In this document: positions 49,664-60,868 of the stretch, one piece after another | Layout: the number at the start of each line of letters is the position of its first letter | Numbering within the stretch: the first letter of the stretch is position 1 | From: Microbacterium sp. | GTDB taxonomy: Bacteria; Actinomycetota; Actinomycetes; Actinomycetales; Microbacteriaceae | Direction of reading: 5' to 3' | Assembly: GCF_047607225.1 (NCBI RefSeq) | Contig: NZ_JASGDO010000067.1 | Coordinates: forward strand, 3,238 to 67,237 | DNA: 64,000 bases | Translations under genes and position numbers: made by a program | The notes under the pieces: model-generated | Databases searched by the model: none | The model's input: only the letters and a program-made list of their open reading frames with translations | Told to the model about the DNA's origin: nothing

Positions 49664-50812
49664 GTGAGCGCGCTGGAGTCGTTTCTCGACAGCTTCGATG
49701 AGGAACCGGGATACCTGAACTGGCCGGCCTTCGGTCCGTTGTCGCCGACGGTGCTGGAAGAGAGCCGCGCCGACGCGCAACTGCTCGCGTCGGGCCGGGC
49801 CTCCGGGATCGCGCTCGTCTCGGCCCACCGCGACGAGGCGCGCCGTGCGCTCGGCGACCTCCTGACAGTGCCCGCCGAGGAGATCTCGCTTCAGCCCTCG
49901 ACCACCTATGGCCTCATGCACGCCCTGTTCGGGCTCACCGGAACCGTCCTCGTCTCCTCCGCCGAGTACCCGGCGCTGCCGGTCACGGCCCGCCGGGCAG
50001 GCGAGGCGCGTGGCCGTCTCCACGTGCGCGACTTCGCCCCGTCCGACGGGATGCTCCGACCCGAGACGGTGCGCGAGGCGCTCACCGACGACATCGATGC
50101 GGTGCTCGTCAGTCTCGTCGACTACCGCACCGGGTACACGGTCGACCTGAGCGCCCTGCGGGAGGTCATCGGCGATCGCCTCCTCATCGTCGACGCGGTC
50201 CAAGCCGTCGGTGTCGTCGATGCCGACTACGCGGCTGCCGACGTGCTCTGCGGCAACGGGTACAAGTGGCTGCGTGCCGGATACGGCACGGGATTCGTTC
50301 GGTTCTCCCCGGCCGCGCGTGAACGCATCGAGCCGGTTCTGGCCGGTTTCGCGGGGCTCGAGGGAGAGCTCGGTGCCGGCGAGTTCGGCGCCCCCCGGGC
50401 GGGAGCGGATGCGTTCGCCGTGACGGGGACCGATTCCCTCGCCGCGGGACGGCTCGCCGTGGCCGCCTCCGAGCTCGTCGACGCGGGCATCGCGGCAGTC
50501 GCTGCGGAGGTCGCCGATCGCGCGCGCCACGTGATGGCACTGGCGGACCGGTATCAGATCCCCGTCCTGACGCCTCGGAATGCGCATTCGGGCATCGTGG
50601 CGCTCGAACCCGACCCCGCCGACGCCGGTCCGCTCGCGGCGGCTCTCGCCAACCACGGCGTGACGGCCACGGCGCGCGGCGGCGTGGTGCGCGTGGGGGC
50701 CCACGCCGGCACGGGAGCGGACACCCTGCAACTGCTCGGGGATGCGCTCGCCGAGGTCGCGGCGCGTCGGACCGTACTCGCTCCTCCCACGGTCGTCGCT
50801 CTGGAGAGTTAA
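49664..50812 (+). CDS. Class V aminotransferase-fold PLP enzyme (cysteine desulfurase-like)
   Basis: PLP lysine context CGNGYKWLRAGYGTGF. Fold-type I layout. GTG start 6 nt after CAGACT. Confidence 0.75.
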   Translation: MSALESFLDSFDEEPGYLNWPAFGPLSPTVLEESRADAQLLASGRASGIALVSAHRDEARRALGDLLTVPAEEISLQPSTTYGLMHALFGLTGTVLVSSAEYPALPVTARRAGEARGRLHVRDFAPSDGMLRPETVREALTDDIDAVLVSLVDYRTGYTVDLSALREVIGDRLLIVDAVQAVGVVDADYAAADVLCGNGYKWLRAGYGTGFVRFSPAARERIEPVLAGFAGLEGELGAGEFGAPRAGADAFAVTGTDSLAAGRLAVAASELVDAGIAAVAAEVADRARHVMALADRYQIPVLTPRNAHSGIVALEPDPADAGPLAAALANHGVTATARGGVVRVGAHAGTGADTLQLLGDALAEVAARRTVLAPPTVVALES

Positions 50813-50945
50813 CGAGAAGGACATCTGCGCCCGCGTGTCGCGTCGCGAACCCGACGACGGGGCGACGTACGTTCATCTCATCGGGCAAGGCGCCCGTTCG
50901 AGTCGGCCATCCACTGACTCGTGGCCCCTGGTCGACTCGTGACTG

Positions 50946-50964
50946 CCGGGTGAGACTCACCCGG
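50946..50964. promoter_or_regulatory. Perfect 19-bp palindrome CCGGGTGAG-A-CTCACCCGG, 14 nt upstream of the phoH2 start
   Basis: 9-bp arms around a single central base. Preceded by GACTCGTG direct repeats at 50916 and 50934 and an inverted CGAGTC at 50899. Confidence 0.4.
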
Positions 50965-50978
50965 GGCGGGAGTGGGTT

Positions 50979-52334
50979 GTGACCACACGAGCACCAGAGA
51001 AGCAGCGCTCCACCAGCACGAGCGGCTCGGCCGCCGCGGCTCAGGATCTTCGCACCTACGTGCTGGACACCTCCGTCTTGCTGAGTGATCCCCGAGCCTT
51101 CTTCCGATTCGCCGAGCACTCGGTGGTCGTCCCGATCGTCGTCATCGGCGAACTGGAGGGAAAGCGTCACGATCCCGAGATCGGCTACTTCGCACGGCAG
51201 GCCCTCCGTCATCTCGATGAACTCCGCGTCGAGCATGGCCGGCTGGACTTCCCGGTGCCGGTCGGCGACGGAGGCACATTGCGTGTGGAGCTCACCAACA
51301 CGGACCCGTCGATCCTCCCCGTGGGCATGCGCTTGGCCGACAACGACACGCGGATCCTCTCGGTCGCGATGCACTTGGCGCAGGAGGGCCACGCGGTCAC
51401 CGTCGTCTCCAAGGACATGCCGATGCGAGTCAAGGCCGCCTCGCTCGGCCTCTATGCCGAGGAGTACCTGGCCGAGCAGGCCGTGGACTCGGGATGGACG
51501 GGAATCGCGACCGTCGATGTGTCCGGCGACGACATGAGCGACCTCTATGAGACCGAGCTCGCGCTGAGCGACGATGTCCGGGGGCTCCCCGTCAACACGG
51601 GCCTCGTCATCCACTCCGAGCGCGGATCCGCGCTGGGCCGGGTGACCGGTGACGGCGAGTTCCGCCTCGTCCGCGGCGACCGGGACGTGTTCGGCCTCCA
51701 CGGACGATCGGCGGAGCAGCGGATCGCCATCGATCTGCTCCTGGACCCCGAGGTGGGCATCGTCTCCCTCGGCGGCCGGGCCGGAACCGGAAAGTCCGCG
51801 CTCGCCTTGTGCGCGGGTCTGGAGGCGGTGCTCGAACGACAGCAGCAGAAGCGCATCATCGTCTTCCGCCCCCTGTTCGCCGTGGGCGGGCAGGAGCTCG
51901 GCTACCTCCCCGGCGACCAGGCGGAGAAGATGAACCCGTGGGGGCAAGCCGTCTTCGACACACTCGGCTCGGTCGTCTCGGGAAACGTGCTGGAAGAGGT
52001 CGTCGCGCGCGGACTGCTCGAGGTGCTGCCGCTCACGCACATCCGTGGTCGTTCGTTGCACGATGCGTTCGTCATCGTCGATGAAGCGCAGTCACTCGAA
52101 CGCAACGTCCTCCTCACCGTCTTGAGCCGCATGGGGCAGAACTCGCGTGTCGTGCTCACTCATGACGTGGGCCAACGAGACAACCTCCGAGTGGGGCGCC
52201 ACGACGGCGTCGCCTCCGTGATCGAGACCCTCAAGGGCCACGGTCTGTTCGGACATGTGACGCTGATGCGCTCGGAGCGCTCGGCGATCGCGGCACTGGT
52301 GACCGACCTGCTGGAGCAGGGAGAGCTCAGCTGA
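50979..52334 (+). CDS. PhoH2: PIN-domain RNase fused to PhoH-like ATPase
   Basis: PIN acidic motif YVLDTSVLL. PhoH Walker A GRAGTGKS and Walker [12 protein letters not shown] start. Confidence 0.9.
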   Translation: MTTRAPEKQRSTSTSGSAAAAQDLRTYVLDTSVLLSDPRAFFRFAEHSVVVPIVVIGELEGKRHDPEIGYFARQALRHLDELRVEHGRLDFPVPVGDGGTLRVELTNTDPSILPVGMRLADNDTRILSVAMHLAQEGHAVTVVSKDMPMRVKAASLGLYAEEYLAEQAVDSGWTGIATVDVSGDDMSDLYETELALSDDVRGLPVNTGLVIHSERGSALGRVTGDGEFRLVRGDRDVFGLHGRSAEQRIAIDLLLDPEVGIVSLGGRAGTGKSALALCAGLEAVLERQQQKRIIVFRPLFAVGGQELGYLPGDQAEKMNPWGQAVFDTLGSVVSGNVLEEVVARGLLEVLPLTHIRGRSLHDAFVIVDEAQSLERNVLLTVLSRMGQNSRVVLTHDVGQRDNLRVGRHDGVASVIETLKGHGLFGHVTLMRSERSAIAALVTDLLEQGELS

Positions 52335-53232
52335 TCGAGTCGGCGCTATGCGCGCGGTCGTCCTCATGGGCGACCGCGCGCGTGTGCATGACGAGCTCCA
52401 GACCGCCCTCGACCTCCCGCCGTTCCAGATCGACGTGCACCGACAAGAGCCGTGCGAGGGAGTCCACGTGCGTCCCACCGCAGGGGATGCGGATGTCGGT
52501 GCCATCCAGGCGGCAGCTCCATGCCCGCCGGGCCGACAGCTCGTCGGCGTCGCGCTCGATGCGGACGTCTGAAGCCTGCGAGAGCCACCGTCCCAGAGCC
52601 TCGTCGACGCGAGCGGCAACGGCGTCGAGGTCGTCGAGTCCCGATGGGTCGAATCCCTTGCGGCGGAGTGACTTGCCGATGCGATACGTGTCGACCGACC
52701 CCCGGGGCTCGATGCGGGAACGCTGGATCGCGAGCGCATCGAAGGCGGGGCTTCCGAGACCGTCACGCGGAGGTTCTTTCGTCCACGAGTCGCGCAGAGC
52801 GAGGTCGAGCGCGAGCGACGCGAGATGACACGCGGTGTGCCCGAGCGACAACTCCGTCCGGAGCACCGGGTCCGCCTCGACCCGCACCGGCGTGCCGACG
52901 GTCGGTGCCGATTCCTCGAGGACATGGCCGACGACGAAGACCCACCCCTCCGTTCCGGTGCGAACGGGCAGGTCGGCGCCGAGGAAGAGCTCACCCTCGT
53001 GGACTCCTCCCGTGACCGCCTCCGGCACGCTCCAACGATGGACGCCGTCGCTCATGCTGCCACGGTCAGAGGGCTGGTCGGGCCAGGCCGTGTCCACGGG
53101 GTGGAACGCGGTGCGGTCGAGGAGGACGATCTTGCGTCCGTCACCACTGTCGCTGACGTGGAGCACGGTCGCCTCGCTGACCACGGCGCCGTCGGGATAG
53201 GTGACACGCGTGTCACGGGAGGGAAGCGTCAC
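52327..53232 (-). CDS. AlaX-like protein (threonyl/alanyl-tRNA synthetase editing-type metal-binding domain)
   Basis: HxxxH ([10 protein letters not shown]) and CxxxH (PCGGTHV) zinc motifs of the tRNA_SAD/editing fold. GTG 53232 lies 4 nt after the response-regulator stop. Confidence 0.75.
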   Translation of the reverse strand: MTLPSRDTRVTYPDGAVVSEATVLHVSDSGDGRKIVLLDRTAFHPVDTAWPDQPSDRGSMSDGVHRWSVPEAVTGGVHEGELFLGADLPVRTGTEGWVFVVGHVLEESAPTVGTPVRVEADPVLRTELSLGHTACHLASLALDLALRDSWTKEPPRDGLGSPAFDALAIQRSRIEPRGSVDTYRIGKSLRRKGFDPSGLDDLDAVAARVDEALGRWLSQASDVRIERDADELSARRAWSCRLDGTDIRIPCGGTHVDSLARLLSVHVDLERREVEGGLELVMHTRAVAHEDDRAHSADSIS

Positions 53233-53236
53233 GAGG

Positions 53237-53890
53237 TCAATCCCACCGGTAGCCTTCGCCGCGGACCGTCACGATGTGATCCGGCCCGAGCTTGGAGCGC
53301 AGATAGCGCACGTAGACGTCGACGACGTTGGAGCCCGGGTCGAAGTCGAGCCCCCAGACGCGGCTGAGGAGAACCTCCCGCGTGAGCACCTCACCGGGGT
53401 GGCGGAGGAACTGCTCGGCCAGGGTGAACTCGCGGGCGGACAGGTCGACCTCCCGGTCACCCACGGTGACGCGGCGGGCGAGGACATCGAGACTCACATC
53501 GCCCCGCGTGAGCACGACGGGGGTCGCGGGAGACTCGCGCAGACGCGACCGCACGCGCGCGAGGAGCTCGGCGACGGCGAACGGCTTGGACACGTAGTCG
53601 CTCGCACCGGCATCGAGGCCTTCGATCGTGTCACTGGTTCCGCTGCGCGCTGTCAGCATGATCACCGGAACGGTGTTGCCTCGGGCGCGCAGATGGCGGA
53701 GCACGTCGAAGCCGTCCATCGTGGGCAGGCCGACATCCAGGATGATCAGGTCGAGATCGGGCTCCATCGCGAGCTCCAGGGCTTCCGCCCCGTCCTCGGC
53801 CACGACGGTCTCGTATCCCTCCGACGCGAGACCTCGCGTCACGAGTGAGACGATGTGCGGTTCGTCGTCGACGACGAGGATACGAGTCAT
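53237..53890 (-). CDS. OmpR/PhoB-family response regulator
   Basis: VVDDE, ILDVGLPTMDG, LTARS and a winged helix ending VRGEGYRW. Overlaps the kinase stop by 4 nt. Confidence 0.93.
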   Translation of the reverse strand: MTRILVVDDEPHIVSLVTRGLASEGYETVVAEDGAEALELAMEPDLDLIILDVGLPTMDGFDVLRHLRARGNTVPVIMLTARSGTSDTIEGLDAGASDYVSKPFAVAELLARVRSRLRESPATPVVLTRGDVSLDVLARRVTVGDREVDLSAREFTLAEQFLRHPGEVLTREVLLSRVWGLDFDPGSNVVDVYVRYLRSKLGPDHIVTVRGEGYRWD

Positions 53891-54864
53891 GCGGAGGCCT
53901 CCCGTTGCAGCAGTACATCACCGGCGCGCACCGGTGAAGGGACGTGTGCTCGGGTCCCCACGGGGATCTCGAGCGTGAACGTCGCACCGCCGCCGGGGGT
54001 CTCAGCGATGGAACAGTGCCCGCGATGGGCTTTGGCGATCGCGTCGACGATCGCCAGGCCCAGTCCCGACCCGCCCACCGCGCGCTTCCCGGCGCCGCGA
54101 TCGAAGCGGCGGAAGATCCGGTGGCGCATGGCCGGCGGGATGCCAGGACCGTGATCGCGCACCCACAACTGGACGCCGCCGGGGTGGACGGCGCTGCCCA
54201 CCTCGATCGAGCTTCCGGCAGGGGTGTACTTGGCGGCGTTGTCGGCGAGCTGGAGCCAGGCCTGCAGCAGTCGATCCCCGTCGCCACGGATGACAGCGGC
54301 GGCGCTGTGCTCGACCCGCCAGAGATGGTCGGGGATGACGGTCACGAGCTCTCCGACGCGTTGCGTCAAGAGAGCGAGGTCGACGTCGGTCATCGTGAAC
54401 TTGTCGGTCTCCACCGCCGCGAGCAGGTCGATGTCACCGATCAGCCGGGTCATCCGGTCGAGCTCTGCGATCCCGAGCTCACGGATGGCCGCAACGTCGG
54501 CGGGATCTTGCGGGTTCATCACCTCGAGATGGCCGCGCACGATCGTGATGGGTGTCTTGAGCTCGTGACGCACGTCGTCCAAGAGCCGGCGCTGGGCCTC
54601 GTAAGCGGTCTCGTCGCCGTCGGCGGGGAAGCCGCCCAGCGGAACGGCAGGAATCACGGCCCACCCGACGACGGCGGTCACGACCATCGTCGCCACGGCG
54701 ATCACGATGTACACCGGGACCGCTGCCCAGGGCAGCGGCTGGTCCGTGAGGACGTGGACGACGGCGTCGCCCAGGCCTGCGAGTGCAAAGCCCGCCGCGA
54801 CGACGGCGACCAGGAGCCCCAGAGTGCGCGTACGGCGGGAATGCACGGAGTTCGTGCGGTTCAC
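53887..54864 (-). CDS. Sensor histidine kinase (small, 2 TM, no obvious sensor domain)
   Basis: H-box VRHELKTPITIVRGHLEV, N-box LADNAAKYTP, G1 DHGPGI, G2 GGSGLGLAIV. GTG 54864; an internal GTG 54849 is possible. Confidence 0.9.
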   Translation of the reverse strand: MNRTNSVHSRRTRTLGLLVAVVAAGFALAGLGDAVVHVLTDQPLPWAAVPVYIVIAVATMVVTAVVGWAVIPAVPLGGFPADGDETAYEAQRRLLDDVRHELKTPITIVRGHLEVMNPQDPADVAAIRELGIAELDRMTRLIGDIDLLAAVETDKFTMTDVDLALLTQRVGELVTVIPDHLWRVEHSAAAVIRGDGDRLLQAWLQLADNAAKYTPAGSSIEVGSAVHPGGVQLWVRDHGPGIPPAMRHRIFRRFDRGAGKRAVGGSGLGLAIVDAIAKAHRGHCSIAETPGGGATFTLEIPVGTRAHVPSPVRAGDVLLQREASA

Positions 54865-54874
54865 TCTCCGATTA

Positions 54875-56278
54875 TCAACCCGGGTGGGTCATCGACAGGA
54901 GATCGAGTTTCTCGTCGAGCTGCGACTCGGTCAGCTCGCCCCGCTCGATGTACCCGAGGTCGATCACCGCTTCCCGCACCGTGATGCCCTTGGCCACCGA
55001 GTGCTTGGCGATCTTGGCCGCCGCTTCGTACCCGATGAGCTTGTTGAGCGGCGTCACGATCGAGGGCGACATTCCGGCGTAGGCCGCGGCGCGATCGAGG
55101 TTGGCCTGCAGGCCGTCGATGGTCTTGTCGGCGAGCACGCGCATGGCGTTGGAGAGGAGGCGGATGGACTCCAGCAGGGCGGTTCCCATCACCGGGATGG
55201 CGACGTTCAGCTCGAACGCGCCGGATGCTCCCGCCCACGCGACCGTGGCGTCGTTGCCGATGACGCGCGCACAGACCATGAGCGTCGCTTCCGGGACGAC
55301 GGGGTTCACCTTGCCCGGCATGATCGAGGAGCCCGGCTGCAGATCGGGGATGTGCAGTTCGGCCAGACCCGTGTTGGGTCCGGAGCCCATCCAGCGGATG
55401 TCGTTGTTGATCTTCGTCAGCGAGACCGCGATCGTGCGGAGCGCTCCCGACGCCTCCACGAGGCCGTCCCGGTTGGCCTGGGCTTCGAAGTGGTCCTTCG
55501 CCTCGACGATCGGCAGCTCGGTCTCCTCCTGGAGCAACGCGATGACCTTCTGCGGGAAGCCGAGCGGCGTGTTGATCCCCGTGCCCACCGCCGTTCCTCC
55601 CAGCGGCACTTCGCCCACCCGGGGGAGGACGGCCTGCACACGCTCGATGCCCAGTCGCACCTGTCGGGCATACCCGCCGAACTCCTGGCCGAGCGTCACC
55701 GGCGTCGCGTCCATGAGGTGCGTGCGCCCCGACTTGACGGCGTCCTTCCACAGGTCGGCCTTGGCCTCCAACGCCACGGCGAGGTGGTCGAGGGCAGGGA
55801 TCAGGTCGTCGACGAGCGCCTGGGTGACCGCGATGTGCACCGAGGTGGGGAAGACGTCGTTGGAGGACTGCGAGGCGTTGACGTGATCGTTCGGATGCAC
55901 GGGCGCCCCGAGGTGCTGAGTGGCGAGGGTCGCCAACACCTCGTTCATGTTCATGTTCGACGAGGTGCCGGACCCCGTCTGGTACGTGTCGACGGGGAAC
56001 TGGTCGTCGTAGCGGCCACTGGTGACCTCGTCGGCCGCCCAGGCGATCGCGTCGGCGATCGCCGCGTCGAGGGTGCCGAGCTCCTTGTTGGCGAGCGCGG
56101 CGGCCTTCTTGATCCGCGCGAGGGCCGCGATCTGAGTGGACTCCAAGCCGCTCCCCGAGATCGGGAAGTTCTCGACCGCGCGCTGGGTCTGGGCGGCGTA
56201 CAGGGCATCCTTCGGGACGCGCACCTCGCCCATGGTGTCGTGTTCGATGCGGTACTCGGTGTCGGTCATGGCGGTCAC
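54875..56278 (-). CDS. fumC: Class II fumarate hydratase
   Basis: 467 aa. Signature [11 protein letters not shown] and a typical aspartase/fumarase core. Confidence 0.96.
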   Translation of the reverse strand: MTAMTDTEYRIEHDTMGEVRVPKDALYAAQTQRAVENFPISGSGLESTQIAALARIKKAAALANKELGTLDAAIADAIAWAADEVTSGRYDDQFPVDTYQTGSGTSSNMNMNEVLATLATQHLGAPVHPNDHVNASQSSNDVFPTSVHIAVTQALVDDLIPALDHLAVALEAKADLWKDAVKSGRTHLMDATPVTLGQEFGGYARQVRLGIERVQAVLPRVGEVPLGGTAVGTGINTPLGFPQKVIALLQEETELPIVEAKDHFEAQANRDGLVEASGALRTIAVSLTKINNDIRWMGSGPNTGLAELHIPDLQPGSSIMPGKVNPVVPEATLMVCARVIGNDATVAWAGASGAFELNVAIPVMGTALLESIRLLSNAMRVLADKTIDGLQANLDRAAAYAGMSPSIVTPLNKLIGYEAAAKIAKHSVAKGITVREAVIDLGYIERGELTESQLDEKLDLLSMTHPG

Positions 56279-56344
56279 GTCCTCGTTTCCTCGTGCGGGT
56301 GTGTTGTCAGGGGCCGTTGTGGTGGCTCCGGGAGTCGGGGAGGG

Positions 56345-56986
56345 TCAGTCGTCGATGCCGACGCTCACCTGCGCGATGGCGGTTCCCTCGCCCAAGCGGT
56401 AGTTCGCCCCGACGATGGCCAGGCGGCCTTCGGTCACGGCATCGCTGATGAGGCGCGACGAGGCCATCAGCTCATCGACGGTGTTGCGCAGGTGTTCCCG
56501 TCCGACCAGTTCCGCGTCGACCGTGTCGGGTGTGGCGCCCTCGGTGGAGCGCAGGACCCGTCGTACGGCCGGAACGATCTTCGCGATCAACCGCCAGATG
56601 TGGGGCGGGAGCTCGGGGGCGTCCAGGGCTGTGGAGTCGATCGCGGCGCGTACGGCGCCACACTGATCGTGTGCCAGCACGATGATGAGCGAGACGTCGA
56701 GCACCGCGACGGCGTACTCGATGCTCGCGATGGCGGAATCGGAGACGACCTGGCCGGCATTGCGGACGACGAACAGGTCGCCGAGGCCCTTGTCGAAGAT
56801 GATCTCGGCCGCCAAGCGGGAGTCGGAGCAGCCGAACAGCACCGCGCGCGGCTTCTGGGCGGCCTCCAGCTCGTGGCGGCGTTCGACGTCTTGGCGGGGA
56901 TGGCGCGGTTCGCCGGCGACGAAACGTGCGTTGCCGCGGCGCATCTCTTCCCAGACGGTCGCCGGGGCGGGGCGGGGTGCGGTCAT
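56345..56986 (-). CDS. Beta-class carbonic anhydrase
   Basis: Zn ligand motifs CSDSR and HDQCGAV. ATG 56986 with SD GGGAGGAG overlaps the upstream stop (ATGA). The extension to 57214 lies inside the DUF4245 gene. Confidence 0.9.
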   Translation of the reverse strand: MTAPRPAPATVWEEMRRGNARFVAGEPRHPRQDVERRHELEAAQKPRAVLFGCSDSRLAAEIIFDKGLGDLFVVRNAGQVVSDSAIASIEYAVAVLDVSLIIVLAHDQCGAVRAAIDSTALDAPELPPHIWRLIAKIVPAVRRVLRSTEGATPDTVDAELVGREHLRNTVDELMASSRLISDAVTEGRLAIVGANYRLGEGTAIAQVSVGIDD

Positions 56987-57600
56987 GGCGTCTCCTCCCG
57001 GAGTCGGCGGATCTGGTCGGTCAATCCCTCTGCGGCGGTCTCGGCAGTCTCGGCCGACATCGACCCGTACACGACCACGGTGTCGGCTCCGGCGTCGGTC
57101 GCCAGGGCGTAGCTGAGTCGCGCCGTGCCGGGGAGATCGTAGACGTCCCACTGGATGCCATCGACGGTGGTCGTCCCGGTGGGGGCGAACCCGCCCAACA
57201 GGCTTGCGGCCCATTGCTCGTCGGCGTCGAATCCCTGTGCGATCCGGACGAAGCCATCACCCGGTGCATACACCGTCACCCAGGCCCCGGCATCCATCTG
57301 TGCCGAGTTGGCGCGCCAGCCCGCCGGCACCTCAGGCACCAGCACGGTACGGTCCAGGGAGGCGGACACCCGAGCGGCAGCGGCGGCGACATCGGCGGGC
57401 TCCGGCTCCGGCGGAGTGCCCCGAGGCACACCGAAATAGACGATCGCGACGACGGCGACGGTGACCACGAGCGCGGCCACGAGATTGCGGAGAGTCTGAC
57501 TGGAGCGGTAGACGCGCGAGGACTCCGCCTTGCGGGCGGCTGTCTCCTCCGGAGTCTCGGGGCGCCCGAGCTCCGCGACGACGCGCGGGCCGGATGCCAT
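56983..57600 (-). CDS. DUF4245 domain-containing membrane protein
   Basis: N-terminal PETPEETAARKAE, one TM (LVAALVVTVAVVAIVYF), extracytoplasmic domain. Usual position after xseB in actinobacteria. ATG 57600 shares one nt with the xseB stop (TGATG). Confidence 0.8.
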   Translation of the reverse strand: MASGPRVVAELGRPETPEETAARKAESSRVYRSSQTLRNLVAALVVTVAVVAIVYFGVPRGTPPEPEPADVAAAAARVSASLDRTVLVPEVPAGWRANSAQMDAGAWVTVYAPGDGFVRIAQGFDADEQWAASLLGGFAPTGTTTVDGIQWDVYDLPGTARLSYALATDAGADTVVVYGSMSAETAETAAEGLTDQIRRLREETP

Positions 57601-57821
57601 CAGGACTCCGCGTCGGCGGCTCGCGCCGCGTCGAGTCGGCGCTTGGCCCCGAGGAGCCACTCCTCGCAACGTGCCGCGAGCGCCTCGCCGCGCGTCCACA
57701 AGGTGAGGGATTCCTCGAGCGTGGGGGCGCCCTGCTCGAGCTCGGCGACGACGCGGACGAGCTCGTCGCGCGCCTGTTCGAAAGACAGGTCGGCGATGTC
57801 GGCGGTGCCGTCGCTGCTCAT
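57600..57821 (-). CDS. xseB: Exodeoxyribonuclease VII small subunit
   Basis: 73 aa. [34 protein letters not shown] overlap with xseA. Confidence 0.92.
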   Translation of the reverse strand: MSSDGTADIADLSFEQARDELVRVVAELEQGAPTLEESLTLWTRGEALAARCEEWLLGAKRRLDAARAADAES

Positions 57822-59155
57822 GCGTCCATCCTATGTTCCCGCGACGACGTCGCTTTCGATCCGGAGGGAGCGTCGTCGTGGCTTCCGGGGTCCTGCGTCA
57901 GCTCACCCGCCGAGCGCGCCGCGAACGACCCGCGCGCCACCGTGACGACCACCTCGGTCCCTGCGGGCGCTTGCGCCGCGTCGCGGACGATCACGCCGTC
58001 GTCGACGTGGGCGATCGCGTATCCACGGGCCAGGGTCGCCCCCGGCGAGAGGGCTCGGAGTGCGGCGCGGAGCTCGGCCGTCGTCGCACGCGCGTCGTCC
58101 AGTCGCGTGCGCACCTGCTCTCGCCCCCGCGACGCCCACGTCCACACCTCCTGGGCGCGACCGGTCAGCATCGTCTCGGGATCGCGCAGCACGGGGCGGG
58201 AGCGCAGCTGTTCGAGCTGTCCGATGTCGTGCGCGACCCGCTGCGAGAGGCGGGTCCCCGCTCGACTGCGCAGTTGTCGGACGAGCGCGCGTTGCTCGGC
58301 GACGTCGGGCACGACGCGCTTGGCCGCGTCGGTGGGGGTCGACGCCCGGAGATCGGCGACGTCGTCGAGGAGCGGGTGGTCGTTCTCGTGTCCGATGGCC
58401 GAGACGACGGGTGTCTGGGCTGCCGCGACGGCGCGCAGGAGCCGCTCGTCGGAGAAGCCGAGAAGGGTCTGCGGATCGCCTCCTCCCCGAGCGATGACGA
58501 TGACGTCCACCTCGGGATCGGCGTCGAGTGTCGTCAGCGCGGCGATCGTCTCAGGGACGCAACGGTCGCCCTGCACCGCCGCGTGGATCGTGCGGAACCG
58601 GACGTGCGGCCAGCGCAGCTCGGCGTTTCGGTGGACGTCTTTCTCTGCGTCACTGCGCTCGCCCGTGATGAGGCCGATGACATGCGGGAGGAAGGGGAGA
58701 GGGCGCTTCCGCGACGGATCGAACAGTCCCTCCGACCGCAGCTGCGCGCGAAGTCGCTCGAGCCGCTCCAACTGGTCGCCGAGCCCCGTGTGGCGCATCG
58801 CCGACACTGTGAAGGTGAAGTCACCGGTCTTGACGAAGTAGTCGGGCTTGACGCACGCCACGACTCGATCGCCGACCGCCAAGCGTTCGGGGAGGCGCTG
58901 CAGGGTCGAGGCCCACAGGCGGAAGGAGATCACCGCGTCGAGGGAGGAGTCCTTGAGGCGGCCGAACACGTGGCCGCCGCGGACGTTCCAGGAGGTGATC
59001 TCGCCCTCGACCCACACCGAGTTCCATCGCTGCACGAAGTCACGGATGGTCTCGTTCAGGCGGGAGACGGAGGTGGGCGCCTGCGGGCTCGAGTCCCGAG
59101 GATGCACGGCATCCGGCGGAGCGGCGTCGCCCGTTGCCGTCTCGAACGCGGTCAC
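57818..59155 (-). CDS. xseA: Exodeoxyribonuclease VII large subunit
   Basis: N-terminal OB fold ([23 protein letters not shown]) plus catalytic domain (VIARGGG). GTG start with SD GAAGGAGGA. Confidence 0.93.
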   Translation of the reverse strand: MTAFETATGDAAPPDAVHPRDSSPQAPTSVSRLNETIRDFVQRWNSVWVEGEITSWNVRGGHVFGRLKDSSLDAVISFRLWASTLQRLPERLAVGDRVVACVKPDYFVKTGDFTFTVSAMRHTGLGDQLERLERLRAQLRSEGLFDPSRKRPLPFLPHVIGLITGERSDAEKDVHRNAELRWPHVRFRTIHAAVQGDRCVPETIAALTTLDADPEVDVIVIARGGGDPQTLLGFSDERLLRAVAAAQTPVVSAIGHENDHPLLDDVADLRASTPTDAAKRVVPDVAEQRALVRQLRSRAGTRLSQRVAHDIGQLEQLRSRPVLRDPETMLTGRAQEVWTWASRGREQVRTRLDDARATTAELRAALRALSPGATLARGYAIAHVDDGVIVRDAAQAPAGTEVVVTVARGSFAARSAGELTQDPGSHDDAPSGSKATSSREHRMDA

Positions 59156-59234
59156 TCGTCCTCCTTCGCCCGGCGGCTCCGCACGCGAGGTCGCCCCGAT
59201 CGGGACGTTCAGGCCTTTGCCGACCGGCGACTCG

Positions 59235-59240
59235 TAGAAT
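59235..59240 (+). promoter_or_regulatory. -10 box TAGAAT, 6 nt before GTG 59247 (leaderless ispH)
   Basis: TAGAATCAAGGGGTG. Confidence 0.45.
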
Positions 59241-59246
59241 CAAGGG

Positions 59247-60308
59247 GTGAGCACTTCCGCCGTCCCCCTGCCCTTGCCCCGCATTCCCGGGGCCCGTGGG
59301 CGGCTCCAGGATAACCCGGTCGCCGGACACAAGAGGGTGCTGTTGGCGGCGCCCCGGGGCTACTGCGCGGGCGTCGACCGTGCGGTCGTGGCCGTCGAGA
59401 AGGCGCTCGAGCGCTATGGCGCGCCGGTGTACGTGCGCAAGCAGATCGTCCACAACATTCACGTCGTCACCGAGCTCGAGGCCAAGGGGGCGATCTTCGT
59501 CGAGGAGGTCGACGAGGTCCCCTCCGGAGCGCACGTCGTCTTCAGCGCGCACGGTGTGTCCCCGGCTGTCGTCGGTGCGGCCGAAGAGCGGGGGCTCCGC
59601 GCGATCGATGCCACCTGTCCGCTCGTGACCAAGGTGCACCGCGAGGCGGTCCGGTTCGCGCGCAGTGACTACGAGATCCTCCTCATCGGTCACGAGGGGC
59701 ACGAAGAGGTCGAGGGAACCGCTGGCGAGGCGCCGGAGCACGTGACGGTCGTGAACTCGCCGGAGGAGGCCGACCGCGTGGAAGTGCGCGACCCGAGCAA
59801 GGTGGTCTGGCTGTCGCAGACGACCCTGTCGGTCGACGAGACGATGGAGACGGTGCGGCGGCTGCGGTTGCGCTTCCCGGAGCTGCAGGATCCGCCTTCC
59901 GACGACATCTGCTACGCGACCCAGAACCGTCAGGTCGCCATCAAGAAGGTCGCCCGCGATGCGGACCTCGTGATCGTGGTGGGGTCCGCGAACTCGTCCA
60001 ACAGCGTGAGGCTCGTCGAGGTGGCACTCGAGTACGGCGCCAAGGCGGCCTATCGGGTCGATTACGCGCACGAGATCGATCAGGCGTGGCTCGACGACGT
60101 CGAGACCGTCGGGGTGACCTCCGGTGCCTCCGTTCCGGAAGTACTGGTTCGCGAGGTGCTTGCGGAGCTCTCCGGCGCCGGCTACCGCGACGTCGAGGAA
60201 GTGCGCACCGCCGAGGAGGATCTCATGTTCTCCCTTCCGAAGGAGCTGCGTCAGGACGCCGCCGGTCGCCGTGACGAGCGTGCGTTGGGTGGCCGGGGTC
60301 GCGCGTGA
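59247..60308 (+). CDS. ispH: 4-hydroxy-3-methylbut-2-enyl diphosphate reductase
   Basis: Three cluster cysteines (GYCAGV, ATCPLV, DICYAT) and HEGHEEV. GTG start 6 nt after -10 TAGAAT. Confidence 0.95.
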   Translation: MSTSAVPLPLPRIPGARGRLQDNPVAGHKRVLLAAPRGYCAGVDRAVVAVEKALERYGAPVYVRKQIVHNIHVVTELEAKGAIFVEEVDEVPSGAHVVFSAHGVSPAVVGAAEERGLRAIDATCPLVTKVHREAVRFARSDYEILLIGHEGHEEVEGTAGEAPEHVTVVNSPEEADRVEVRDPSKVVWLSQTTLSVDETMETVRRLRLRFPELQDPPSDDICYATQNRQVAIKKVARDADLVIVVGSANSSNSVRLVEVALEYGAKAAYRVDYAHEIDQAWLDDVETVGVTSGASVPEVLVREVLAELSGAGYRDVEEVRTAEEDLMFSLPKELRQDAAGRRDERALGGRGRA

Positions 60309-60868
60309 GCGACCAGGATCAGGCGCCCCCGCCGAGGTACGGGGAGTACGCGACGCCCGAGCAGCAGGCACGCTTCCGTGACGGCGAGGACAGCCCGGGG
60401 GCGCCGCGGCAGGCGGAGCCCGCAGGAGCGGGGCGGACCGGATCACCCCTGCCGCGTCCGGCTGCCGGGGGAGTGGCCGAGGTCTCGGAGGCGACCCCGG
60501 TGCGCCGGGGTGATCGGTTCGTCACGATCGCACTCCTCGCCTACGGGCTGTTCGTCGTCGTCTCCACGATGGGTCAGCTCATCGACTACGGCGGCTTCGT
60601 GAAGACCTGGATGGAGCTCGCCCAGATCGATGCGACCTTCGAGGTCACCGCGTCAGGGCGCGCGTGGGGCATCACGGGCGCCGTGGCCTTCGCCGTCGGG
60701 TGGGTGCTCACGGCCCTCGCGTCGTGGCGTGCGATCCGGCGCGGCCGGCGGTCGTGGTGGATACCGATCGTCGGGGCGGTCGTGTCCTTCCTCGTCGTCA
60801 GCCTCTGCCTGAGCGTTCCCCTGGTCACCGACCCCGCTCTGATGGGCGAACTGGCCCGCACGCGCTGA
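60305..60868 (+). CDS. Membrane protein with Pro-rich cytoplasmic N-terminus and 4 TM helices (DUF6264-like, from memory)
   Basis: [15 protein letters not shown]-terminus, then four hydrophobic helices. GTGA overlap with the ispH stop. Confidence 0.7.
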   Translation: MSDQDQAPPPRYGEYATPEQQARFRDGEDSPGAPRQAEPAGAGRTGSPLPRPAAGGVAEVSEATPVRRGDRFVTIALLAYGLFVVVSTMGQLIDYGGFVKTWMELAQIDATFEVTASGRAWGITGAVAFAVGWVLTALASWRAIRRGRRSWWIPIVGAVVSFLVVSLCLSVPLVTDPALMGELARTR

